A DNA stretch of 64,000 nt from IMG/VR virus record IMGVR_UViG_3300027518_000005, one strand, 5' to 3'. This DNA is from a virus. The notes beneath the pieces were generated by a model. That model had not been told where the DNA came from and made no database searches. It saw only the letters and a program-made list of their open reading frames with translations. Positions 27,995-36,146 of this stretch are shown in pieces; positions within the stretch are counted from its first letter, which is position 1; every line of letters starts with the position of its first letter. The position numbers and the translations under genes are program-made.

Positions 27995-29836
27995 TTACAT
28001 ATCCTCTAAAGAATCAAATTCTCCAGTGTCCGGGTTTCTATAAAGATGTCTAGATATCAGTATATCAGATTCATCCCTAAATTGCACTAAATACTTCTCA
28101 AAATGGTCTCCATCATACATTTCTTCAAAACTTTCACTTATTTTTACAATTTGGGCCGGGGATATATCTAAACTACGGGCAAGGGCCTTTTTAAGCTCTT
28201 GGGGAACCTTTTTGAAGTCTGGTAAGCCTTTGACCTTAGGGGCATCCGAAATGAAGGCTGTAGGGTTATCTATAGCATTCCAAATCATATAATTACCCCT
28301 ATCCCTATTAAATAGAACAGCATACTTGTCTCTATACATCTTTCTTATAAAGAAAATGAATACACTGCTGTCTTTTGGGAAATCCGGCATGTTTTCTGTA
28401 TACCTCTTCCACATTGCAGGTGTTTCGCAGTCTACACCAGAAATACACCATTTAGTATCTTTACCATACTTAATACTTGCTTCAAGGGTTTGTATTTCTC
28501 TAACTGACCAGTTTTCATCAGAGTATAGTAACTTAGTACCACCTCTAGACTCCTCTTCCTTCTGTTTGACTGTTTTAGTTTTTTCTAAGGCAGATAGTAC
28601 TGTGTCTAGTTCCTTGGCATCTTTCTTCATCCAATGGGATATATCATTTTGTGGGGATTTAAGTCTTGGTTTAAGTTTAAAGAACCTATCAGATAGTTCT
28701 TTACCAAACTTGTCTGTAAATCTGGCTATTGCTTCTTTATTCTCATTTAATTCTTGCTTAGCATATCTTTTTAAATATGCAGGTATAACATCTTCTTTAT
28801 ATCTTCTAAAGTCAAATGCATAATCTAAGTTTGATGGTTGGTCAAATCCAAGGTCTGTATCATAAATAACATCACTATAGGTTCCTGTAAAGTTTCTATC
28901 TTCATCTGTAATATAAAAGTTGAAAAATCCATAATAATCTACATCAATAACCTCTTCGTCAATAAAATTTTGCAAATCATCATCAGTAAAAATTTCTATA
29001 CTTTCTAATTCTTTTGGCATAGAGAACCTATCATTAGGATTACCATCAACCCATTTAACTTCAAAATCATCAGTGAAGGCAGAAATCATAATACTAATTT
29101 TATCTGAGTACTTTATTTCTGCAATCGCACCATCATACCAGTTTGCCATCTTTCTTAATGGGTATAAATCTTCAAGCAGTATTAACTCAAACCCATACTG
29201 TTTGGCTTCTTCTTTTAAGGAGTCCATATACTCTTTAGAACCTTTCTTGTAATCTACTTGTTCTATTGGTTCTAATTCTATGTTCTCTTTATCTTCTTTT
29301 AATTTACTTTCTTCTTCATTCTGTTTTATATACTCTTGTGAAAAAGTTATAAAATCATCAAAATTAAAAGCTTCCTCTAAGCTTGTAGTGTCATCATAAT
29401 TATAATCAAATCCCCAAACATCTATGGAGTCATCACCATAGCCATTTCTTAAATCAACAAGTCCCATAAGGAAAGTGCTATTAGTGTCAATCTCTAACAC
29501 ACCGGCATCAAAGGCTTCATTTAATTGTTCGTCGGTAAATATTCCATTTGTTTCCAAGTCATCTTCACTTTTAATATCTATGTTATTATCAAGGTATAAC
29601 TTTCCTTCAGTTGACAAAAGAAGAACATGTATGTCTTTATTAATAATAACCCTAGCAACTGCTCCTTTAGAGGTATACCAAATAGGGTCTTGTCTTAATG
29701 GGTATATGTCTTGTATGAATTCAACTTCCAATCCATGTTCTTTTGCTTTGGCTTTAATGCCTGCCATAAACTGTTTAGAATCTTTTTTGTAGTCTGGAGC
29801 TGGAAGGACTTCTAAATCTACTTTTTCGTTTTCCAT
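27995..29836 (-). CDS. Multi-module putative head cargo polyprotein (two tandem acidic modules plus a YG..T.WC domain)
   Basis: Internal duplication DYKK.SK..M...GIFTD..L; boundaries at LKE|D and LNE|N. Confidence 0.7.
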   Translation of the reverse strand: MENEKVDLEVLPAPDYKKDSKQFMAGIKAKAKEHGLEVEFIQDIYPLRQDPIWYTSKGAVARVIINKDIHVLLLSTEGKLYLDNNIDIKSEDDLETNGIFTDEQLNEAFDAGVLEIDTNSTFLMGLVDLRNGYGDDSIDVWGFDYNYDDTTSLEEAFNFDDFITFSQEYIKQNEEESKLKEDKENIELEPIEQVDYKKGSKEYMDSLKEEAKQYGFELILLEDLYPLRKMANWYDGAIAEIKYSDKISIMISAFTDDFEVKWVDGNPNDRFSMPKELESIEIFTDDDLQNFIDEEVIDVDYYGFFNFYITDEDRNFTGTYSDVIYDTDLGFDQPSNLDYAFDFRRYKEDVIPAYLKRYAKQELNENKEAIARFTDKFGKELSDRFFKLKPRLKSPQNDISHWMKKDAKELDTVLSALEKTKTVKQKEEESRGGTKLLYSDENWSVREIQTLEASIKYGKDTKWCISGVDCETPAMWKRYTENMPDFPKDSSVFIFFIRKMYRDKYAVLFNRDRGNYMIWNAIDNPTAFISDAPKVKGLPDFKKVPQELKKALARSLDISPAQIVKISESFEEMYDGDHFEKYLVQFRDESDILISRHLYRNPDTGEFDSLEDM

Positions 29837-29838
29837 AA

Positions 29839-30582
29839 TTAACCTACCCTATAAGCATACATATCTATGCCGTTTATCTTTCCTAAAGATATTTCTTGAT
29901 TATCATATGTGGCAAGGTAAATACCACGTCCATTAGTACTTAGTTCATCGTCAATCATTGACTCTATGTCAAGAAGATTTTTATCTTCAACAAATTGTTT
30001 AAAGTCTTCTTTTCCAAAGTTAGAGATATACCAATCAACACCATCTGTATATTGTTCCATCCTGTGTTCAAGTAATTCATCAAAAACATTACCAATATTT
30101 ACGTTTGCTTTAGGCTTTTCAAAATCTACATCACCTGCTTCATTTGTTTCAAAGTCTGCTTCTGTTAAAATATCTGCATAAACAGCTTGCTCTAACAGCT
30201 CACTATCATCCATGTTTTTTAAGTCTTCTTGTTCATTGTCCTTCCAAAAATCGTTAAAGTATGCTGTATCAACAAAGTTATCTAAATGGTACTCGGATAT
30301 ATCACTGTTTCCTTCAAAATAATCTCCAGCATACTGCCTGGCAAGTCTTTCTGCTTTATCGCCATCTAAAACAAGATATTCTGACTGGTCTTCTAAAACA
30401 ACGTAAATGTCATCATAATGCTTACTATTATGAAACTCTGCACCAGTAACTATGTCTGTAGGATTTATTTCTAAGTGGTTTGCTAAAAGGTTAATTCTTT
30501 CATCACTTATTTCAATGACTTCTAAATCAACACCTTCCTTTTCTTCTAATAGCTTTTTAATCTTTTTAAGTAGTTCACTCAT
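29839..30582 (-). CDS. Acidic single-module protein, paralog of the C-terminal module of 30585..32468
   Basis: Both share VDLEVI.I.D..I..LAN.LE..P, EDQ.EYLVLD and the terminal YAYRV. Confidence 0.7.
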   Translation of the reverse strand: MSELLKKIKKLLEEKEGVDLEVIEISDERINLLANHLEINPTDIVTGAEFHNSKHYDDIYVVLEDQSEYLVLDGDKAERLARQYAGDYFEGNSDISEYHLDNFVDTAYFNDFWKDNEQEDLKNMDDSELLEQAVYADILTEADFETNEAGDVDFEKPKANVNIGNVFDELLEHRMEQYTDGVDWYISNFGKEDFKQFVEDKNLLDIESMIDDELSTNGRGIYLATYDNQEISLGKINGIDMYAYRVG

Positions 30583-30584
30583 AA

Positions 30585-32468
30585 TTAAGCCACCCTGTAA
30601 GCATAAATGTTTAAACCATTTTCTGCTTGAATTTCTAAGTCTATCTCTTTATAGTCATAAGGAGCTAACCAATTACCATAACCGTTGTTTTCAATATCAT
30701 CTGAAGCAATAGCATCAAAATCAAAAAGGTTATTATCCGCTAAAAAAGTATATACTTCTCTTCTTCCGTATGTGTCTTCTATCCATTCAAATGGGGAACT
30801 ATAACGTTCTAATCTTGCTTCTAATAGCTTTTCACGAACATCGTCAATATCAACATGTTCTTTCGGTCTTTCATAGTCAGGGTTACCGTTTTCATCTTTT
30901 GCAAAGTCATCTTCTGATAATATATCTTCACTGACCGCAGATTCAAATACATCAGAATCGGTGTCATAGTTAATTCTATCTCTTTCACTATCTTCCCAAA
31001 TATCAATCAAAACATCTATATCAACATAACTTGTATACTCATCTAAGTTTGCATCGCCTGATTCGTAAAAATCTCTTGCATTTCGATATGCCATATCTCT
31101 TGCTTGACTCGAATCAAGTACAAGATATTCTGCTTGGTCTTCATTCATAACAATATATAAGTTTTTACCATATTCCGAACTTGAGCCCCTACCAGTTAAA
31201 TCATCGTTTTTTACAATCAGTGCAGGGTCAACTTCAAGAGCATTAGCCAAAGCAAGTATTTTGTCATCTGTTATTGGAATAACTTCTAAATCAACGTCTC
31301 CCCCTTCTTCATTAAGAGTTTCATCTCTTAGTTCCCACATTTGCCAGAAGTCGTGTTTAGCATACTCCTTCCCTCTCCATTTTATGGTTTTAAGTTTAAA
31401 GCATGCCTCAAAAGCATAGTCATCTAAATATTTTAGAGAATCTGGGAGTGTTATTGACTCAAGAGAATTACATCTATAAAATGCTCTGTTCGCTATTTTT
31501 TCTAGTGTTTTTGGGAAGTTTACAGATTTTAAAGCAATACATTCTGTAAATGCACGTTCAGGTATATCTTTAATTTTAGAAGGTATATTTATTGATTTAA
31601 GGGAAATACAGCCACTAAAAGCTGATTGACCAAAGGATTCTAGAGATTCTGGTAAAATAATATCTTCAACGTTTGTAAACATATCAAATGCAAGACCTGG
31701 TATAGACTTAGTACCTTCTTCAACCACTATTTTAGTAAATGATTCTTTAACAAATGTAACCTCATCCGTTAAACCTTTTCTTTGTTCTGGGGCAATAAAA
31801 TAAGAGGGGTCTTTAATCATCTCCTCTTGAGATGGATAATAAAATGTAGGCTCAAGAATTTCTATATCCACACCTGTTTCTTTTTGCACATCTTCTAATA
31901 AAGTTTCAGACTTTATATACTCTACGTTCTCTTTTTTGAAGTATTGTCTTACCTTACGTCCTTTATCATCAAAGTTTACTAGAACAGTTAGGGTATCACC
32001 CTTCTCTTCTTCTAGTACACCTTCTTTACCTTCAAACACATCTCCAGTAGATTTAATCTTAACACGGGTAGCAGACTTACTTTCAAGTTTTACTTTACCT
32101 TTAACATATTTAGTATAAGTATCATCTAGGTCTTTAACAAAAGCATCAATGACTCTTCTGTAGTTTCTAATGTCTATCTTTACTGGTTTAGATTCAGAAT
32201 ACTTAACAAGAGCACAATCTGTTTCTTTAAGACAGTAATGGCCGAGGTCAGATGGGTCAACTGTTCCGGCAGTCAAGCACATATAACTGTATTCTTGTTT
32301 ACCGTCAACATAGCTGTGGCAAATACCTGGAAGGGAGTTAACCCCAAACTTAGAAACACTTTTAATATACCCAGACTTAGTGCTTAACTTAACGTCAAAA
32401 CCTTTTTGCTGTAAAGCATTAAAAAGATAACGATTAAGTTCAACAACCTCTTCTGGGGTTAATCTCAT
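30585..32468 (-). CDS. Multi-module protein: unknown domain, KOW-like domain, BspA-type LRR, acidic YAYRV module
   Basis: LRR_5 repeats (I.LPESLESFG.SAFSGC.SLKSI.IP). Boundaries at KLE|S, LLE|D and LNE|E. Confidence 0.75.
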   Translation of the reverse strand: MRLTPEEVVELNRYLFNALQQKGFDVKLSTKSGYIKSVSKFGVNSLPGICHSYVDGKQEYSYMCLTAGTVDPSDLGHYCLKETDCALVKYSESKPVKIDIRNYRRVIDAFVKDLDDTYTKYVKGKVKLESKSATRVKIKSTGDVFEGKEGVLEEEKGDTLTVLVNFDDKGRKVRQYFKKENVEYIKSETLLEDVQKETGVDIEILEPTFYYPSQEEMIKDPSYFIAPEQRKGLTDEVTFVKESFTKIVVEEGTKSIPGLAFDMFTNVEDIILPESLESFGQSAFSGCISLKSINIPSKIKDIPERAFTECIALKSVNFPKTLEKIANRAFYRCNSLESITLPDSLKYLDDYAFEACFKLKTIKWRGKEYAKHDFWQMWELRDETLNEEGGDVDLEVIPITDDKILALANALEVDPALIVKNDDLTGRGSSSEYGKNLYIVMNEDQAEYLVLDSSQARDMAYRNARDFYESGDANLDEYTSYVDIDVLIDIWEDSERDRINYDTDSDVFESAVSEDILSEDDFAKDENGNPDYERPKEHVDIDDVREKLLEARLERYSSPFEWIEDTYGRREVYTFLADNNLFDFDAIASDDIENNGYGNWLAPYDYKEIDLEIQAENGLNIYAYRVA

Positions 32469-32836
32469 TACTTATCTCCATCACCCTTTTCTGGTGTGTA
32501 TTTTCCTAGCTTGTTTTCAAAATCAAAATCATCCTGCATATCTTCAGTCCAGCTTTCTAAATCCTCTTCATAATAAGCACTCTTAAGATAAAGTTCTTTA
32601 GCTATAGCTAAAAAGCCTTCTTGTTCGGCAAGGTTTTCAAGGGCACCCAAGTCAATAAGCAGGTTCCATATTCTTGTGTCTTTTGCATCAATAGTAACAT
32701 CTTTATAGTCAGCATATTGACGAAATGCTTCTATAAAAACTTCAAAAGGGATGTCTATTAATTCTGTAAATGTTTTGTCTTTAAACTTAAACTCTACGTT
32801 AATATCGAATCCTGTGGAATTCTTTCTTCGTATCAT
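32468..32836 (-). CDS. Hypothetical acidic protein
   Basis: 122 aa with an AGGAGA SD, preceded by the GCTAAATTA motif. Confidence 0.55.
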   Translation of the reverse strand: MIRRKNSTGFDINVEFKFKDKTFTELIDIPFEVFIEAFRQYADYKDVTIDAKDTRIWNLLIDLGALENLAEQEGFLAIAKELYLKSAYYEEDLESWTEDMQDDFDFENKLGKYTPEKGDGDK

Positions 32837-32875
32837 ATGCTTCTCCTTTATGGTTTAATTATACGCTATCACATA

Positions 32876-32884
32876 TAATTTAGC
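32876..32884 (-). promoter_or_regulatory. GCTAAATTA motif (before 32468..32836)
   Basis: Exact intergenic copy. Confidence 0.7.
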
Positions 32885-32891
32885 AAGTAGA

Positions 32892-34502
32892 TTATACCTC
32901 AAACTGTGATTTTTTAGGGTATTTGTCTAAAAACTTTTGTTTTATTTGATTATCCCAAACCTTATTTGTTTCCTCTAAAGCATCATTCAAACACATAACC
33001 TTGTTGATATGGGGATTGGCCATGCAGTTTGCAATAAGGGTAATGGGTGTTTTATTAGAAAAATGGTGGTGAAAATAAGATTTTTTTGTAACTAACCCAA
33101 GATTTTTCATATAAAAATCATAAATATAGACAGTAAAGTTCTTTTTCTCTCTAAACCTTGTTATAGATTCAAGTATTTCTTTTTCATGTAAATTATAAAC
33201 TTCCTCTAATTTTGATTTAAGGTATGGCCTATTTACATGCATGGGTGTAATATAACTGTTTTGGGAAAAAAGTTTTTCTGTTTCTTCTTTATTAACAAGG
33301 AGGCCACTATTAACTATGGCTTGTTTCCATAATGGCATGGGTTCGTTAACACCACTTGATACCTTAAAGTCAGTTCTAACACCGTCTTTGGTAAAATAGT
33401 CTTCTGGAGATACTGAGCCTATAAAGTATATATCGTCATTAGAGTATATAAACTTTTCACTTAAACCAGGTATTTTGTGAAGAAACATCTCAATAACTTG
33501 ACTACTAAAAATCGGTAGGTGCTCTACAGGAATAAATTGGTCGTGAGTTATAATTTTAACCCTATCTGTTTTTAATACCCAAGTTGGAACTTGACTTGTG
33601 CTTTGAACCAGTAAAAAAATATTGTTAATCCAAGGTGCATAAGTTTCAACACCTCTAAACCAATATCTAAACAATTCATTCTTTCTAAATCTTTGTTTTC
33701 CGTTTGAGTCCTCACGAACATCTTTGGGAGCATATTTATTATAAAGCTCTTGCCAAGCAGTGTCAGAAGAGTCTACATAAGGAACCACTATATCTATTTT
33801 GTCACTTATTTTTATCGGCTTAATTACAGATGATAAGGCTGCATTTAAAGGAATGTTTTTTTCTAAGTTTTCTCTTATTTGTTTTGTGTTTGCCCTTAAT
33901 GCCTTCCAGTCATGATTACCTATAGCCCAAGTGGATGGGACTTTGTTTTCACCAGTATAACGAAAGCTTGTTTCTGTTAATCCCGTGCTAGTGAATGTGA
34001 ACACCCTATCAGGGAATAACTGTTTGCACGTATGAACAAAAACAACATCTTCAAAACCTTGGTCTTTTTCAGGGTCAACATTTGGTAGGTCTACCTTAGA
34101 GTATATGTGTTTAGAAATGTATAAAAGATTTAACTGTGAGTGCTCCCAACAAAATACACCCATACTATTAGGTTTATTATCTATTTGCCTCAAAAACTCT
34201 TTTCCAGATTCCCCCGATATAATAACATCATCATCCATAGTAATCATATTTTCATAGGTTGAATCTAAAAACAGCTTTCTTAGTGTTTTTCTAGCATTGA
34301 GTATTCCCAATTTACTAAACTTATGTATAATCATTTCTCTAGGTGGCTTATAATCCCCCCAGTTTTGAGCAACAACCATAATAGGTATCCCAGGGAAAAG
34401 CCAGTCCAAAGTAGATAAAAGAGAGTTAAACCTATTTATCCTTAGGTCTCTATCGGGTTGTTTACCTGGAAAATAGCTAATAATACCTATTACTTTTGAC
34501 AT
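32892..34502 (-). CDS. Glycosyltransferase-like (GT-A) domain fused to a Stealth-family hexose-1-phosphate transferase
   Basis: N-terminal MITMDDD DxD motif. C-terminal Stealth conserved regions: IDIVVPYVD (CR1); RF...E.FRY.FRG...YAPWINNIF...I.H..FIP...LP.FSS..IE.FLH.IPGLSE.FIY.NDD (CR2); H...P.LKS (CR3); CLND (CR4). Confidence 0.85.
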   Translation of the reverse strand: MSKVIGIISYFPGKQPDRDLRINRFNSLLSTLDWLFPGIPIMVVAQNWGDYKPPREMIIHKFSKLGILNARKTLRKLFLDSTYENMITMDDDVIISGESGKEFLRQIDNKPNSMGVFCWEHSQLNLLYISKHIYSKVDLPNVDPEKDQGFEDVVFVHTCKQLFPDRVFTFTSTGLTETSFRYTGENKVPSTWAIGNHDWKALRANTKQIRENLEKNIPLNAALSSVIKPIKISDKIDIVVPYVDSSDTAWQELYNKYAPKDVREDSNGKQRFRKNELFRYWFRGVETYAPWINNIFLLVQSTSQVPTWVLKTDRVKIITHDQFIPVEHLPIFSSQVIEMFLHKIPGLSEKFIYSNDDIYFIGSVSPEDYFTKDGVRTDFKVSSGVNEPMPLWKQAIVNSGLLVNKEETEKLFSQNSYITPMHVNRPYLKSKLEEVYNLHEKEILESITRFREKKNFTVYIYDFYMKNLGLVTKKSYFHHHFSNKTPITLIANCMANPHINKVMCLNDALEETNKVWDNQIKQKFLDKYPKKSQFEV

Positions 34503-34530
34503 TTTTCACCTTACCTTACAATAATTCATA

Positions 34531-34539
34531 TAATTTAGC
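34531..34539 (-). promoter_or_regulatory. GCTAAATTA motif (before the GT-Stealth gene)
   Basis: Exact intergenic copy. Confidence 0.7.
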
Positions 34540-34562
34540 ACAAAAAAACAGTGTTCACCTAA

Positions 34563-34691
34563 CATATTATACAACTAAAATAAGGTTATGTGTTTTCTTA
34601 TATATATATATATATATATATATTCTTTCTTTATTCTTTTAAGGATTGTTAAGGATTTTTTCTTTTTCTTTCTTAAAAGTTGTATAATATG
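34563..34691. repeat. 14-bp inverted repeat flanking a (TA)12 tract
   Basis: CATATTATACAACT (34563-34576) and AGTTGTATAATATG (34678-34691); (TA)12 at 34599-34622. Confidence 0.9.
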
Positions 34692-34718
34692 GTAGACAGA
34701 CGTTCACCCCTGTCAACA

Positions 34719-36020
34719 TTATAACTTTTTAAATTGAGTTAGAAATTGATTATGGCACCTTTCTATTTCAGAAGGATTCCATATATCATTATTTACTATT
34801 TCAACATATTTAATGTTATATTGTTTCTTATAATAGTTTATGTTATCAGGGTGTTTATCCCCGTAACCCTTACTGATGGCCTTAATACCAACAAAAACTA
34901 CCCTATTTAGTATACCATATTCTATTAAGGTTTTAATGATTTTTTCAATATTGTTGTTTAGCTCTTTATTGTTAGAATCTAAATCCAAAGAGTTAAAGTT
35001 AATAGTAAAGTAATAGTTCTTTTCAGTTAATACTTTTTTATAGAAGTCTTTAAATAGAACACACCTTGCTTTTAGTTCGTTTTGATAGTTAATGTCAGTT
35101 GCTTTATTATGAACTATTTGAACTATATCATAATCATAAGTAGTATCAGAATCACCCTTAAATGTCATTTTGTGTGGGGATAGATTTGGTTTAGACGTTA
35201 CAATATGTTCGTAATACTTGTCATCTAATAATGCTTTAATACATAAAGGTCCTTTGGTTAAAACATTGTCAACAGGCCCACGTAATCTATTAACACCGAG
35301 ATAACCCATACATGAACAATCTCCAGCTAACTGCATAAATTGATAGGGAGATTCTGGATACCAAATTCCTCTTTTAGAAAAATCAATGTCTTTGTCTAAT
35401 CCTTCTTGTATAAAAAACTTAACACATTCAATAACCCACTTACCACGCATGAGGCCCCAGTGCCATTGTTTATTAGACTTTCTACCCCAATTAATGACAC
35501 TGCCTGTTTTACTAATTAAAAACTTGTAATCCTTAATATAATTGTTTTCTTCAAACTTCCAGGGGTTTGTACTATAATCAAATAAATCTAACATAGCATT
35601 TTTTTGCCATAAAGTACACATACAGGCAAGGTTCCATTTACCGGGGCTTCTTTCTAATAATTCATCCGATATAGGTATAGCTTTTTTATCACCATTAAGC
35701 TGCAAGTTTATATTAGCATAGTTACCTGTTAGATACTTACATAAGGATAAGACTTTATCGTTGTCTACCTTTTCTCTAATAAACACATCATCAACCATAA
35801 AAAGAATATAGTCATCATTTATTTGTTTAACAGTTTCCCTTACCCTATCTGTCCAATGTTCAATATCAAAATTTAAAGGGATTGTTTTGTAAAAAGAGTT
35901 AATCACAGATTCCGTAGAATATATCACTTCTGGGTGGTTTGGCCAATACTTTTCTAAGCAATGATAAAATGGTTCAAATAAATCTTTGTTTTTATCACAA
36001 CTTAACACAACTATTTTCAT
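34719..36020 (-). CDS. Glycosyltransferase-like protein with a second C-terminal domain
   Basis: Start moved to ATG 36020 (GAGG SD, just after the promoter motif). IVVLSCD....L...F...L.KYWP, WTDRV, YILF.VDD.F and PW.FE form a GT-A-like pattern. The C-terminus has LAGDC......RLRGPVDN. Confidence 0.65.
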   Translation of the reverse strand: MKIVVLSCDKNKDLFEPFYHCLEKYWPNHPEVIYSTESVINSFYKTIPLNFDIEHWTDRVRETVKQINDDYILFMVDDVFIREKVDNDKVLSLCKYLTGNYANINLQLNGDKKAIPISDELLERSPGKWNLACMCTLWQKNAMLDLFDYSTNPWKFEENNYIKDYKFLISKTGSVINWGRKSNKQWHWGLMRGKWVIECVKFFIQEGLDKDIDFSKRGIWYPESPYQFMQLAGDCSCMGYLGVNRLRGPVDNVLTKGPLCIKALLDDKYYEHIVTSKPNLSPHKMTFKGDSDTTYDYDIVQIVHNKATDINYQNELKARCVLFKDFYKKVLTEKNYYFTINFNSLDLDSNNKELNNNIEKIIKTLIEYGILNRVVFVGIKAISKGYGDKHPDNINYYKKQYNIKYVEIVNNDIWNPSEIERCHNQFLTQFKKL

Positions 36021-36035
36021 TACGTTTTCCTCACA

Positions 36036-36044
36036 TAATTTAGC
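36036..36044 (-). promoter_or_regulatory. GCTAAATTA motif (before GT gene 34719..36020)
   Basis: Exact copy between the MCP terminator and the SD/ATG. Confidence 0.7.
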
Positions 36045-36083
36045 AAGTTTAAACAAAAGAAGAATACCTTAAAATACTAAAAT

Positions 36084-36111
36084 AAAAAGACTCCCCGATT
36101 AAGAGGAGTCT
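36084..36111 (-). terminator. Rho-independent terminator after the major capsid gene
   Basis: AGACTCC...GGAGTCT stem followed by TTTT on the minus strand. Confidence 0.75.
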
Positions 36112-36146
36112 AGTTAGCTTTTTAAGGCTACTTGTTAACTTAAAGA

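Noticed and set aside
34541..34718. CRISPR array or transposon ends at the TA/inverted-repeat locus
   Set aside because: There is no repeat-spacer periodicity and no transposase. The inverted repeat arms match a promoter-like motif found singly elsewhere.
36021..36056. Track starts at 36056, 40822 and 26182
   Set aside because: These starts overlap or abut the promoter motif, or overlap the upstream gene. Downstream ATGs at 36020, 40795 and 26164 have proper SD sequences.
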